Shown: piece after piece, positions 48,759-58,673 of the stretch
How the letters are laid out: each line of letters begins with the position of its first letter
Position numbering within the stretch: the stretch's first letter is position 1
NCBI GenBank assembly: GCA_045118995.1
Contig: JBGVCR010000003.1
Span: forward strand, 48,290 to 112,289
DNA: 64,000 bases
Origin: Candidatus Cryptobacteroides sp.
Lineage (GTDB): Bacteria > Bacteroidota > Bacteroidia > Bacteroidales > UBA932
Reading direction: 5' to 3'
The notes under the pieces: generated by a model
What the model saw: the letters and a program-made list of their open reading frames with translations, nothing else
Databases searched by the model: none
Told to the model about the DNA's origin: nothing
Made by a program: the position numbers and the translations under genes

Positions 48759-49334
48759 ATGAACATCATAGTAAAACCATACGGCAGCAGCCTCTGCTAT
48801 TGCCGTCCGGATACGACTTGGGAGAGGGAGAACAAGGATTTCTACTCTCCCGAGTGCGTTAAGGAGCTGCATTGGGCTCCGATTGTCTTCGCAAGAATCA
48901 GCAAGGCAGGGAAATGCATCGGAGGCAAATTCGCATCGAGATATTACGACGCGTTCAATTTCGGCGCGCTCTTATATTGTCATACATCAGAATCATCTGA
49001 CACTGCCTTTACATCCTGCGCAGACCACACTTCCCTTCTTCCTGCACCTATGTACAATCCTGTGGTGATGGAAAGTGAGGAGAATATATTCGAGGTAAGA
49101 AAGAACGGAGAAAACATTTTCTCCAGCCGGGACATTGCTATTGAAGCTTCATTGAAAGAATTGATCGAGGAGGCCATATGCACAGCATCACAGCTCACCA
49201 CTTTAAGAATCGGTGATTTCATTGCTGTTGAACTTGCACCAGTCTCATTGATGGCAGCCAGCTGCGATGGAGAAGCCGCATTGAAAGCCACTTACTGCGA
49301 GAACGAACTGTTCGACATGAAAGTGATCTTCTAG
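48759..49334 (+). CDS. Degenerate fumarylacetoacetate-hydrolase-family protein
   Basis: RISKAGKCI..KFASRYYD and TLRIGD scaffold motifs; position after the dnaN-exonuclease pair; catalytic acidic residues not visible. Confidence 0.65.
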   Translation: MNIIVKPYGSSLCYCRPDTTWERENKDFYSPECVKELHWAPIVFARISKAGKCIGGKFASRYYDAFNFGALLYCHTSESSDTAFTSCADHTSLLPAPMYNPVVMESEENIFEVRKNGENIFSSRDIAIEASLKELIEEAICTASQLTTLRIGDFIAVELAPVSLMAASCDGEAALKATYCENELFDMKVIF

Positions 49335-49378
49335 CATTGGCATTTGATTTGACACTGACAGACCCAAAACACGTTTAT

Positions 49379-49843
49379 ATGAACAAGATTTACACAACAA
49401 CAGTAGCGCTTCTTGCAGCAATGATGTTCTTTGCAGCATGCGGAAATGCCGGAGCGCAGAACGATAAGAAGACAGACAATGCACCCAAGGCTGTAAAGGA
49501 ACTGGATGCAGAAAGCTTTACCAAGCAGGTTTTCGATATGGGTTCTGAAGACCTTGTCTTTCTGGGTGACAAGCCCGCAATTGTAGACTTCACCGCAAGC
49601 TGGTGCGGTCCATGTAAGAGAATTGCTCCTATTCTCGAAGAACTTGCCAAGGAATATGATGGACAGATTGTCATCTACAAGGTAGATGTTGACAAAGAAA
49701 AGGGACTGGCTCAGGCTTTCAATGTAAGTTCCATTCCTGCAGTGCTCTATATTCCTCTCAAAGGAGAGCCCGTTATGACTATAGGTGCAAGAGGTAAGGA
49801 AAGATTCAAGGAAGAAATCAGCACATTGCTGCTTCAGAAATAG
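49379..49843 (+). CDS. Thioredoxin with a lipoprotein signal
   Basis: WCGPC active site; FAAC lipobox; ATG at 49379. Confidence 0.88.
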   Translation: MNKIYTTTVALLAAMMFFAACGNAGAQNDKKTDNAPKAVKELDAESFTKQVFDMGSEDLVFLGDKPAIVDFTASWCGPCKRIAPILEELAKEYDGQIVIYKVDVDKEKGLAQAFNVSSIPAVLYIPLKGEPVMTIGARGKERFKEEISTLLLQK

Positions 49844-49851
49844 TCAATACT

Positions 49852-51174
49852 ATGGGAAAACATTCGGCTGACATTATAATAATTGGTGGAGGAGCAGCTG
49901 GCCTTATGGCTGGCGCCGGAGCTGCCGGTAAATTTTCTGCAGATGGTAGAGAAGGAAAGGTCATCGTACTTGAAAAAATGGCCAGACCGGGCAGAAAGAT
50001 AATGATTACCGGCAAGGGAAGGTGCAATTTCACTAATGTAAAGCCATGGAATGAATTCAGCGGGCACATTCATCCGAAGCCGAATTTCCTGAAGCACTCG
50101 TTCTATAATCTCACCTCGGAGGGAATGATTGATTTCCTCGAAAGAAATGGCGCCGAGACCATTGTGGAGCGTGGAGACAGGGCTTTCCCGGCTTCGCATC
50201 TTGCATCCGACATTGTGGATGCTTTGGTGAGAGCAGTCGAAAACGCCGGTGCTGAAATACAATGTGGCAAGGAAGTATCCCAGATTACCCTTAGCGAAGG
50301 TGAATTCACAATAGAATGCTCTGACGGGGCTCTGTACACATGCCACAAGCTTATCATCTGTACCGGAGGTTTGTCATACCCGAAGACGGGCTCGACAGGA
50401 GACGGTTACAACTGGGCCCGGGGCTTCGGCCATACGATAAAGCCGCTCTTCCCTTCCCTGACTGCAATCGTACCGAGAGGATATAAGGAAGATGCTCCTG
50501 CCGGTGAGCTTAAGGGACATATAAACCGCAACACGATATTGACAGAAACCGGAGAAAGCCTTTGCGGGAATCAGCTGAAGAATGTGAACCTGTCACTGTA
50601 CATTGACGGCAATCTTGTCCAGGAGGAATTCGGTGACATGGACTTCACTGACGGAGGAATCGAGGGGCCGATCGGATTCAAGGTAAGCCGCAGATGCGTC
50701 AATGCAATAATCAACGGATCAAAGGCTTACGTAATGATAGACCTGAAGCCGGCAGTCGAAATCGAAGACCTTACCGTGCGCGTCGGATGCCTTTGGAATG
50801 AAATAGCAAAGGATAAGAGGAATGCCAACAAACCCTACAAGGACAGATTCAGACTCCTTCTGACGAAGGTTCTCCCTATGTCATTGATTCCAGCTTTTAC
50901 AAAGCTCAATCCGGGAGTCGATCACAAGAGCCTGGCCAAGACTTTGAAGAACTGGAAATTCGATATCGTCGGATTCGTAGGATATGAAAGATGCGTCATC
51001 ACTGCTGGAGGAGTAAGTCTTGATGAGATTACTGCCAAGACTCTGGAATCCAAGCTGATACCCGGGCTGTATTTCGCAGGAGAAGTCCTCGATCTGGATG
51101 CAGACACCGGAGGATACAATCTCCAGACAGCTTTCAGCACCGGTTATATGGCAGGAATCGCTGCAGCGAAATAG
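49852..51174 (+). CDS. HI0933/YhiN-family flavoprotein
   Basis: GGGAAG, GKGRCNFTN, GGLSYPKTGSTGDG, GEVLD..TGGYNLQ. Confidence 0.93.
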   Translation: MGKHSADIIIIGGGAAGLMAGAGAAGKFSADGREGKVIVLEKMARPGRKIMITGKGRCNFTNVKPWNEFSGHIHPKPNFLKHSFYNLTSEGMIDFLERNGAETIVERGDRAFPASHLASDIVDALVRAVENAGAEIQCGKEVSQITLSEGEFTIECSDGALYTCHKLIICTGGLSYPKTGSTGDGYNWARGFGHTIKPLFPSLTAIVPRGYKEDAPAGELKGHINRNTILTETGESLCGNQLKNVNLSLYIDGNLVQEEFGDMDFTDGGIEGPIGFKVSRRCVNAIINGSKAYVMIDLKPAVEIEDLTVRVGCLWNEIAKDKRNANKPYKDRFRLLLTKVLPMSLIPAFTKLNPGVDHKSLAKTLKNWKFDIVGFVGYERCVITAGGVSLDEITAKTLESKLIPGLYFAGEVLDLDADTGGYNLQTAFSTGYMAGIAAAK

Positions 51175-51191
51175 CTCATTCACAAATATTC

Positions 51192-51234
51192 AAGAGGCTG
51201 ACCTAAGTCATTATGACTTGAGCCAGCCTCTTTT
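51192..51234. terminator. Hairpin between convergent genes (probable bidirectional terminator)
   Basis: AAGAGGCTG..AAGTCAT / ATGACTT..CAGCCTCTT. Confidence 0.75.
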
Positions 51235-51250
51235 CAGTTAAAGCTAAATT

Positions 51251-51541
51251 TTATTCTGCTCTTTTCTCCTTTTCCTTTACAAGTTTTTCTTTGAGAATGT
51301 CTGCGCAGTCAACAACTGCATCTTCGAAGGTCTTTGCATTCTTCTCTACCACGATAGTGCGGCCAGGGATTGCAACCTGAACTTTCACACATTTGTTCTC
51401 GTGGTCTGGAAGCAATGAAAGCGCTACATCCACTCCTGTTACTGCATCGTAGAACTTCTCGATACGTGAGAATTTCTTGTCAATAAAGTCCAACAGTTTC
51501 TGATCTGCATTGAACTTGAGACTCTGCACTCTAATCTCCAT
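51251..51541 (-). CDS. hpf: Ribosome hibernation factor HPF/RaiA
   Basis: MEIRVQSLKFNADQKL...FEDAVV; downstream of xerC. Confidence 0.9.
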   Translation of the reverse strand: MEIRVQSLKFNADQKLLDFIDKKFSRIEKFYDAVTGVDVALSLLPDHENKCVKVQVAIPGRTIVVEKNAKTFEDAVVDCADILKEKLVKEKEKRAE

Positions 51542-52517
51542 TTTTACCTCCGTTTTTTGCCCTTGGGTGGGCTGATTTATAAATAGTCTTCAGCCGGGCG
51601 ATATCCGTGTGGGTATAAACCTGAGTTGCCGCCAATGAGGAATGACCAAGCAGTTCCTTGATGGAATTGATATTCGTATCCTCGTTCAGAAGTTCAGTGG
51701 CGAGAGAATGACGGAGAACATGCGGAGACTTTCTTCCAGTTATGCCCTTGACATCACCCAGCTCGCTCTTCACTACCCTGTCCACATACGCAGGATAAAG
51801 GGATTTACCTTTATATGTGATCAGAAGCGGCTCTTTCAAAGACCTTTTCCCACCGCACACCGTCTCAACTGCATCCAAATATAAGGAAATTTCTTTACAT
51901 AATGAAGCAATCAGCGGAATTTCTCGCATTTTATCGCCTTTACCGGTAACTTTGACAATATTTCTGCCAAAATCAATACTTCCCACCGTAAGTGAGATAA
52001 GTTCTGCGCGACGCAGGCCGAGATTGTATAAAAGAGAGATCACCAGTCTTGCAAGACGCTTGTCATAAAGTTCCCTGCCGCTCTTGGTTTCCCATCCGGC
52101 CTTGAAGGCATCCAGAGATTGAATATCCTCCTCTTCCGAGATACGGCCGAAATATTCTTCCATTGCCTGTTTCCTGAAATACACAGGAAGACGTTTCTCC
52201 ACCTTGGGTTTGACTATAAGGCGGACAGGATTGGATTTCAGATGGCCCTCTTTCATAAGGTAGCGGCAGAAACTGCTCAGGGCTGAAAGATGGAGACTGA
52301 CAGTCTTGGACGACAGGCCTTCTTCAAGAAGTTCCACCTGATATTGCCTTATCTCCGATCTGTTCAGCGAAGCAAGCAAGACCTCATCATCAACACCCTT
52401 TCGCTTGTGAATCACACGCAGATAATTCATCAGGACATCGCAGTAGATATCAACAGTCCTGGATGAGTATCGCCGGATGTTGGAAATATATCTGACGTAT
52501 TTATCTATCAAGGTCAT
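51531..52517 (-). CDS. xerC: Tyrosine recombinase XerC-type
   Basis: GLRRAEL, GKGDKMR, SPHVLRHS, LGHSSLAATQVYTH and HPRA; intact catalytic set. Confidence 0.85.
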   Translation of the reverse strand: MTLIDKYVRYISNIRRYSSRTVDIYCDVLMNYLRVIHKRKGVDDEVLLASLNRSEIRQYQVELLEEGLSSKTVSLHLSALSSFCRYLMKEGHLKSNPVRLIVKPKVEKRLPVYFRKQAMEEYFGRISEEEDIQSLDAFKAGWETKSGRELYDKRLARLVISLLYNLGLRRAELISLTVGSIDFGRNIVKVTGKGDKMREIPLIASLCKEISLYLDAVETVCGGKRSLKEPLLITYKGKSLYPAYVDRVVKSELGDVKGITGRKSPHVLRHSLATELLNEDTNINSIKELLGHSSLAATQVYTHTDIARLKTIYKSAHPRAKNGGKNGD

Positions 52518-52532
52518 AGGATGAGGAGCGCA

Positions 52533-54044
52533 CTATTTCACCGGGAACATTCCTAGCTCGGCGGCCTTTTCACGCATCAGGGCATCGGCAGCTTCGAATG
52601 TATTTTCGATCTGACCATCGAGGATGGCATTCTTCACATATTCCTTAAGCTGGCCGATGGTATTGCATGGTTCTATACCGAATAGTTCCATCACATAGTC
52701 TCCGGTAATTGGATTCTTGAAGTTTCTGATAGCATCCTTGGCTTCGACCTCGACAAGCTTGGTCTTTACCAATTCGAAATTAGCATGCAGACGAGCCACC
52801 TTTTTAGGATTCTTCGACGTGATATCAGCATTGCAAAGAAGCATAAGATCGTCAATATCATTGCCGGCATCGAAAAGGAGTCTGCGTACAGCAGAATCCG
52901 TAACTTCCTCTGTCACAAGGGCAATCGGCCTCAGATGAAGTCCCACAAGCTTTTGGACAAATTTCATCTTTTCATTCAGAGGCATCTTCAGGCCCTGGAA
53001 AATCTTCGGAATCCAGCGCGCTCCGACGACTTCGTGACCGTGAAAAGTCCAGCCAAGTGACTGATCATATCTTTTGGTGGCAGGCTTGGCAATATCATGA
53101 AGAAGAGCCGCCCAGCGAAGCCACACATTCGGCTCTGTACGGACCCTCTCGACCTCTACTCCATCCTCGTAAATGTAATCCTTCAGGCGTCCCTCAGAAA
53201 TTGCCTGGATTTCAAGTGCCGCGACATTGTCCAGAACTTCAAGAGTATGCGAGAAATTTTCCTTATGTCCTTTACCCTCAACGTTTTCCACACCTTTAAG
53301 CTTAGACAGCTGCGGAAGTACATAATCCAGAAGTCCGGTCTCGTCAAGGAGGCGGAAACCGATGGATGGCTTCGGCGTTACAAGTATCTTGTTAAGCTCC
53401 TCCACAATCCTTTCCTTTGAGAGAATCTCCATACGCTCTCGATTGCGGCGGATGGACTCAAGAGATTCCGGAACTATATTGAACTGCTGATTTTCGTTTG
53501 AAAGTTTGGTAGCGAATCTTATTGCCCTTACCATTCTGAGCGGATCATCGCTGTAGGTAGTATCCGGATCAAGCGGAGTGCGGATAATGCCTGCAGCAAG
53601 ATCACGGATACCTCCGAAAGGATCCACCAATGCTCCGAAGTCATCCTTCTGAAGGCTGAAAGCCATAGCATTGATGGTAAAGTCCCTTCTGAGCTGATCA
53701 TCTTCCAGAGTGCCGTCCTCAACAATCGGTTTACGGGAATCGCGGCGATATGATTCCTTGCGGGCGCCGACAAACTCGATTTCGATTCCTTTGTATCGAA
53801 GCATTGCCGTACCGAAATTCTTGAACACAGAGACGTTGCTGTGTACTTTCTCCCCTACTGCCTGCGCAAGCTCAATGCCGCTGCCCTCGACCACGATATC
53901 AATATCCTTGCTCGGACGACCGAGGAAGCAGTCACGTACATAGCCGCCGATAACGAAGGTACGGACGCCCTTTTCTGCGGCGACTTCTGAAACTATTGAA
54001 AAAATCTTGTGATCGAGAAAGCCTTGTGTTATTGTTGATGACAT
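52533..54044 (-). CDS. cca: CCA tRNA nucleotidyltransferase with HD domain
   Basis: GGYVRD, DIDI, RRDFTINAM, DDPLRMVR, LLHDIAK. Confidence 0.9.
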   Translation of the reverse strand: MSSTITQGFLDHKIFSIVSEVAAEKGVRTFVIGGYVRDCFLGRPSKDIDIVVEGSGIELAQAVGEKVHSNVSVFKNFGTAMLRYKGIEIEFVGARKESYRRDSRKPIVEDGTLEDDQLRRDFTINAMAFSLQKDDFGALVDPFGGIRDLAAGIIRTPLDPDTTYSDDPLRMVRAIRFATKLSNENQQFNIVPESLESIRRNRERMEILSKERIVEELNKILVTPKPSIGFRLLDETGLLDYVLPQLSKLKGVENVEGKGHKENFSHTLEVLDNVAALEIQAISEGRLKDYIYEDGVEVERVRTEPNVWLRWAALLHDIAKPATKRYDQSLGWTFHGHEVVGARWIPKIFQGLKMPLNEKMKFVQKLVGLHLRPIALVTEEVTDSAVRRLLFDAGNDIDDLMLLCNADITSKNPKKVARLHANFELVKTKLVEVEAKDAIRNFKNPITGDYVMELFGIEPCNTIGQLKEYVKNAILDGQIENTFEAADALMREKAAELGMFPVK

Positions 54045-54442
54045 AGCATTTCAGTATATGTCGGGACTGTATTGATGAATTCGAATCTATCCCCATTCCT
54101 TCTGCATATGAAGGTCTTGGTCCCATTGGTTATAATCATATATTTTACTTCCAAAACTATATTGTACCTTATAGCTTGGTCCAGAACTTCCTGTGTGAGA
54201 GCAACTTCCGGTCTTTTACACTCAACGACCATAAGTGGTTTTGCACTACGGTCATAGACAAGGATATCAGCCCTCAGCTGCTTCCCGGCAAGACGGAAAC
54301 CCACCTCACTCATCATCATATGCATCGGTACCTGCATCTGCTCTGCCAGGACACGGATGCACCACTGACGCACCTGCTCTTCGGGAGTAAGTGCCACCTC
54401 TTTCTTGCGCAGAGGATCCCATATACTGTGGCCGTCAGTCAT
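54029..54442 (-). CDS. Stand-alone HsdR N-terminal (PD-(D/E)xK) domain protein
   Basis: TPEEQVRQ, RADI, VECK, QAIRYN, ITNG. Confidence 0.85.
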   Translation of the reverse strand: MTDGHSIWDPLRKKEVALTPEEQVRQWCIRVLAEQMQVPMHMMMSEVGFRLAGKQLRADILVYDRSAKPLMVVECKRPEVALTQEVLDQAIRYNIVLEVKYMIITNGTKTFICRRNGDRFEFINTVPTYTEMLCHQQ

Positions 54443-54660
54443 ACTGTGTTCTAGTAACTTGCAAATATAGTTAAAAGTTTAGAATAAGCGAAGGGCCAAA
54501 GGTGGTGGCGTACAACACACTGTAAATCAGACATTTAAATCAAATGCCTACTATTCATCCGCAGCAGGCATTTACATCAAGACGCTGGCAGTCAATAATT
54601 TACCGGACACCATCAAAATAACCGAAGAGTTTTATAACTTTGCAGTCTAAAACGAAATCT

Positions 54661-55356
54661 ATGGCAAAAGGAAGAAAAAGAAATGACGATCTGGAGATCG
54701 TATATGAGGACCAGTGGCTGATCATCGTGAACAAGCCGAGCGGACTGCTCAGCATGTCCACCGGAAAGCAGGGAGAGGATACGGCATATGCAAGAGTATT
54801 TGACTATGCCGGTAAGATCTTCATAGTTCACAGACTTGACAGGGACACATCCGGACTTCTGGTATTCGCTAAAGACGAAGAGACCAAGATATCGTTACAG
54901 AGCAATTGGGAGGAAGCGGTGCAGGAAAGAGGTTATGTAGCATTGCTCGAGGGTAAGATCGAGGACGAGGAAGGCTGGATCGAGAGCTGGCTGTACGAGT
55001 GCAAGAAATCCCTCAAGGTATATTGCTACGAACTGGGGCCGAAGGATACGCCCGAGAAACCGCCTCGCAAAGACTGGCAGTTTGCCGCAACTCACTGTAA
55101 GAGAATAGGATACAAAGAGATTGAGGGAATGCCTTATACATTGGTTCAATTCCAGCTGGAAACCGGCAGGAAAAATCAGATCCGCACTCACTGCCAATGG
55201 ATCGGACACCCTGTGGCCGGTGACAGGAAATATGGAGCCGAGTCCAATCCTGTCGGCCGTCTGGCGCTGCATGCAGAAGTATTGAGCTTCATCCATCCTT
55301 GGACAGGAAAGACTATGAGATTTACGGCAAGGGCCCCAAAATCCTTCAGGCTATAG
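54661..55356 (+). CDS. RluA-family pseudouridine synthase
   Basis: VNKPSG, HRLDRDTSG, TGRKNQIR, GDRKYG, LHA; -7 box at 54635 supports ATG at 54661. Confidence 0.93.
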   Translation: MAKGRKRNDDLEIVYEDQWLIIVNKPSGLLSMSTGKQGEDTAYARVFDYAGKIFIVHRLDRDTSGLLVFAKDEETKISLQSNWEEAVQERGYVALLEGKIEDEEGWIESWLYECKKSLKVYCYELGPKDTPEKPPRKDWQFAATHCKRIGYKEIEGMPYTLVQFQLETGRKNQIRTHCQWIGHPVAGDRKYGAESNPVGRLALHAEVLSFIHPWTGKTMRFTARAPKSFRL

Positions 55357-56520
55357 GATTTCCTTGATAAAAGACAATTCCCTGGATGCGGTAGCGGTCC
55401 AGTCAAGCTCAGGAGGAAGCAACTGGGTCTGAGGACTCTGAAGTATCTTTATGACTTTGTCGGAGAGTCCTGCCACAAATCCATCCCCAAGTGGAACTGT
55501 ATTTTCACCACCTATGACTTCTGAGATCCCGCCTGTATCTGAGCCTACAGCTGAAGCTCCGCAGCTTATAGCCTCAGCACATACCATTCCCAAGCCCTCA
55601 TTCAGACTCGGGAGCAAGAGCACATCCACGCAATTGAGAATTAAAGGCATTTCTTCTGATGGAATATTTCCCCAGAAGCGGACATCTATGCTTGTATCCT
55701 CAGTCATTGCTGTCTGAACCTGACGGCGAAGCTTTCCGTCGCCAATCATCCAGAACTTCAGAGGGGATGTGTACCCGGTCCGAATCGAATGAAATATCGG
55801 CTGAAGTGACATTACATTCTTGACTGCCACGATGCTTCCGGCATATGCGACTACTTTATCCCCTTCAAAAATTCCGTATCGGGCTCTCAAAGCCTCACGT
55901 TTTTCTGCACTGAAGCGTGTGAAAGCAGATGATACGCCATTGTAAAGGACCTCCTTCCGGACTGACGGATAAATGCGGTCCGAATCTTTCAAAAGGGCTT
56001 TGCTTACGAAGAAATTGTACGCCGCTCTTCCCATCAAAGAACGTGTATCCCTGAGTATCATCGGGTTACGCCAAGGATGGGTATGAATATCAGATCCATG
56101 CCAGGTCACAAAATACGGTATTCCGAATCTGGCTGAAGCCTCTGATGCGAAAAGCGCTCCGGTAAACGAATGTGCCGATATACAATCATATCCTTTGAAA
56201 AGATCAATGCACCCGGACATAAAGCTTGCAAAGAACAGGGGCTTTCGGTGAAGTTTATGGACAAGGATATGGTCGATGATGGAGAAGTCATACCATAAGA
56301 GACGATACCGCACATCATCTACCACTGTCTCTTCCACAAACGGAACCTCAGGATTATGCCTGACACGACGTGTAAATGCATTGTCATGACTATGAATGCA
56401 ATACGCATCGACTTCGCACTCACCGGTGTCACGAAGATGTCTGATACGGTTATGAACAGCATTGAAAAGTCCTTTTCTATCGAACGGACTGCTTTCGAAT
56501 ATGACGGCAATCCTAATCAT
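55351..56520 (-). CDS. GT4 glycosyltransferase
   Basis: TWHGSD, NGV, PSLNEGLGMVCAEA (ExxxxxxxE). Confidence 0.9.
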   Translation of the reverse strand: MIRIAVIFESSPFDRKGLFNAVHNRIRHLRDTGECEVDAYCIHSHDNAFTRRVRHNPEVPFVEETVVDDVRYRLLWYDFSIIDHILVHKLHRKPLFFASFMSGCIDLFKGYDCISAHSFTGALFASEASARFGIPYFVTWHGSDIHTHPWRNPMILRDTRSLMGRAAYNFFVSKALLKDSDRIYPSVRKEVLYNGVSSAFTRFSAEKREALRARYGIFEGDKVVAYAGSIVAVKNVMSLQPIFHSIRTGYTSPLKFWMIGDGKLRRQVQTAMTEDTSIDVRFWGNIPSEEMPLILNCVDVLLLPSLNEGLGMVCAEAISCGASAVGSDTGGISEVIGGENTVPLGDGFVAGLSDKVIKILQSPQTQLLPPELDWTATASRELSFIKEIL

Positions 56521-57544
56521 AGAACGGAGATAAGATGAATGAGACCGACTTATATATAAAGCGGGCAAAGGTGACACTGCCTGACTTGTACAGAAGAGTA
56601 TTCAGAATCTGCCCCGGCACACGGCGTTCAAACACGCGGATACGGGAATCCTGGTCAATCAATGAATAAAGGCCGGAAAGAACAGAGTCTGTCAAGCGGC
56701 TGGTCCTGATCTTTAAGAATGTCCTTAATATCCTCATTATGTCGCAGCAGACAATATCATTATGGAAGACCTTCCTGAGGGACTTGCAGGATGGATATTT
56801 GCTTATCAGAGCTACGAAGGCCTCTGCGTATAACGGGACCACATCCAGCAGCTGGTCCAGACGACGGGCAGTGGTCTTTCCACCACTCAGAGTACCAGGA
56901 CGCCTGAAATATTCATATACAGGAGCATCTACAGCAGCTGCTGAAGATATTTTGTTCATAAACTGATAGACGAAAAGCTTGTCTTCTGCATAGGACAGAT
57001 TCTCATTGAAGCTCAATGAGTGTTTCTTAATGACTGACGAGCGGTAAAGCTTGGCCCAAGGGCCACGGAAAAGCTCTCCTAGACGGTGCATCGTTGCATC
57101 GAAAAATTCAGAAAGTCCTGCAGACGGATAGAATTCAGAGTCGTACGGGATGACAGTCCTATAAGGGATTTCTCCTTGATAAATATTGAAGCCGCCAATG
57201 ACAATATCCGGCTTCTCCACCGTCAGTGCGGACAACAAGGAGAGAGCATCAGGAGAAAGAAAATCATCCGCATCCACGAACATCACATACTCACCCTGGC
57301 TGAGGGAAATTCCGGCATTGCGGGCAGAACTTACTCCCCCGTTCACCTTATGTATGGTTCTGAAACGTGCGTCTGTTCCGGAATATCTGTCACATATCAT
57401 CGGCGAGGAATCAGTACTTCCATCATCCACAAGTATCACCTCATACGAATGCATATCCTGATCAAGGATGCTCGAAAGACAGACATCCAGATATTTTTCC
57501 GCATTATAGACCGGTATGACTATACTTATCTTTACTTTATCCAT
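56513..57544 (-). CDS. GT2 glycosyltransferase
   Basis: SIVIPVYNAEKY, VDDGSTD, NGGVSSARN, FVDADD. Confidence 0.93.
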   Translation of the reverse strand: MDKVKISIVIPVYNAEKYLDVCLSSILDQDMHSYEVILVDDGSTDSSPMICDRYSGTDARFRTIHKVNGGVSSARNAGISLSQGEYVMFVDADDFLSPDALSLLSALTVEKPDIVIGGFNIYQGEIPYRTVIPYDSEFYPSAGLSEFFDATMHRLGELFRGPWAKLYRSSVIKKHSLSFNENLSYAEDKLFVYQFMNKISSAAAVDAPVYEYFRRPGTLSGGKTTARRLDQLLDVVPLYAEAFVALISKYPSCKSLRKVFHNDIVCCDIMRILRTFLKIRTSRLTDSVLSGLYSLIDQDSRIRVFERRVPGQILNTLLYKSGSVTFARFIYKSVSFILSPFYD

Positions 57545-57545
57545 A

Positions 57546-58673
57546 TCACTTCAATGCATTTCTTAGAAACTCTATTGACCTTTCCTTCATTTCTGACAGA
57601 CGCGCATCCACATTGTCCCAGTCGATTCCCGAAAGATAATATTCTCCATCGTCATCCGGATCAAGTCCTTGAACAATCCTGTCGTCAAGTCCAAGAGACT
57701 CCAGAAGGGACAATATTCTCGACATACCTCTGCCCGGATTTGCAAGGGCTATGAACGGTTTATGGAAAAGCACAGAAAGAACACATCCGTGGAAAGAATC
57801 AGTCACCACAAATTCTGCATCCGCAAAGCAGGAAAGCCATTGTCGAATCGATGGAACTATGCGCTTTTCTAACGGTATATTTCGGTCACGGTCAGGAACA
57901 TACGCATTATGACTTTCCTTCGCGAGCCATCCCTCTACTCTGTCCAGAATATACTTCTTCGAATTATCCGGATCCAACACATACGACAATATCTTTCCTT
58001 TGCATGGACGTTCTGAAGACAATTCGGCAAGATGGGCATAATGCTCTGCTGTCAGGAGCATCACAGGATCCAGGACATGAACGGCATCTTCACGGTCAAA
58101 CCACTCGTCGCACATCTGCACTGCACTTGCCTCCCTCACGGAGACAGCATCAAAGGTACTCAGAAGTGAGGAACATTTATACAGTTGTTCGAATTCATAC
58201 TCCAGATGGTCGGTTCCGAAGGATGCTGCATATGAAACTCTTCTGACATCCCACAATGAGGTAAAATCCAGAAAAGCATCCTCAATTCTTCCAAAATACT
58301 TAGGCCTCCAGACCTGATCGCTTCCGACCACAAAGGCGTCATAGTCTCCCGGAGCTATCTCGGTATAGGAATCTATCATCCGGGGAGATATTTCTTCTGA
58401 AACAAAGCCGGCCAATTGAGCCGATACGACCGGATATTCTCTCAGGATACGCCTCTCGCGAAATATCTCAGGGCCTCCCGGTTTCAGATTGAACAACGCC
58501 CTCTTCAGATAGACCAGAGGCATCTTCCAAGAGGGGGTCAGCACCATCTTGCATTTTCTGTCTATGACATCGACCGAGTGCCCCAGGGCCTCAATGCTTT
58601 TTTTCAGTGCATAGGCCTGAAGAATACCTCCATAATTGGTATGAAGCGGCAATGTGATTATCGCTACCCTCAT
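57546..58673 (-). CDS. Polysaccharide pyruvyl transferase family protein
   Basis: NYGGILQAYAL, VGSDQVW, YAASFG, SVRE, DPVMLL, TDSFHG. Confidence 0.92.
   Translation of the reverse strand: MRVAIITLPLHTNYGGILQAYALKKSIEALGHSVDVIDRKCKMVLTPSWKMPLVYLKRALFNLKPGGPEIFRERRILREYPVVSAQLAGFVSEEISPRMIDSYTEIAPGDYDAFVVGSDQVWRPKYFGRIEDAFLDFTSLWDVRRVSYAASFGTDHLEYEFEQLYKCSSLLSTFDAVSVREASAVQMCDEWFDREDAVHVLDPVMLLTAEHYAHLAELSSERPCKGKILSYVLDPDNSKKYILDRVEGWLAKESHNAYVPDRDRNIPLEKRIVPSIRQWLSCFADAEFVVTDSFHGCVLSVLFHKPFIALANPGRGMSRILSLLESLGLDDRIVQGLDPDDDGEYYLSGIDWDNVDARLSEMKERSIEFLRNALK

Noticed and set aside
51175-51250. tRNA cluster downstream of hpf
   Set aside because: Only a terminator-like hairpin is present; no cloverleaf or T-loop motif seen here or in other intergenic gaps.
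51531-52517. Integrase of a mobile element
   Set aside because: XerC-type motifs, located upstream of hpf among housekeeping genes, with no cargo or att repeats seen.
54029-54442. Type I restriction-modification or other defence system
   Set aside because: Only a 137-aa HsdR_N-like domain with no hsdM, hsdS or helicase; such stand-alone genes are common in Bacteroidota core regions.
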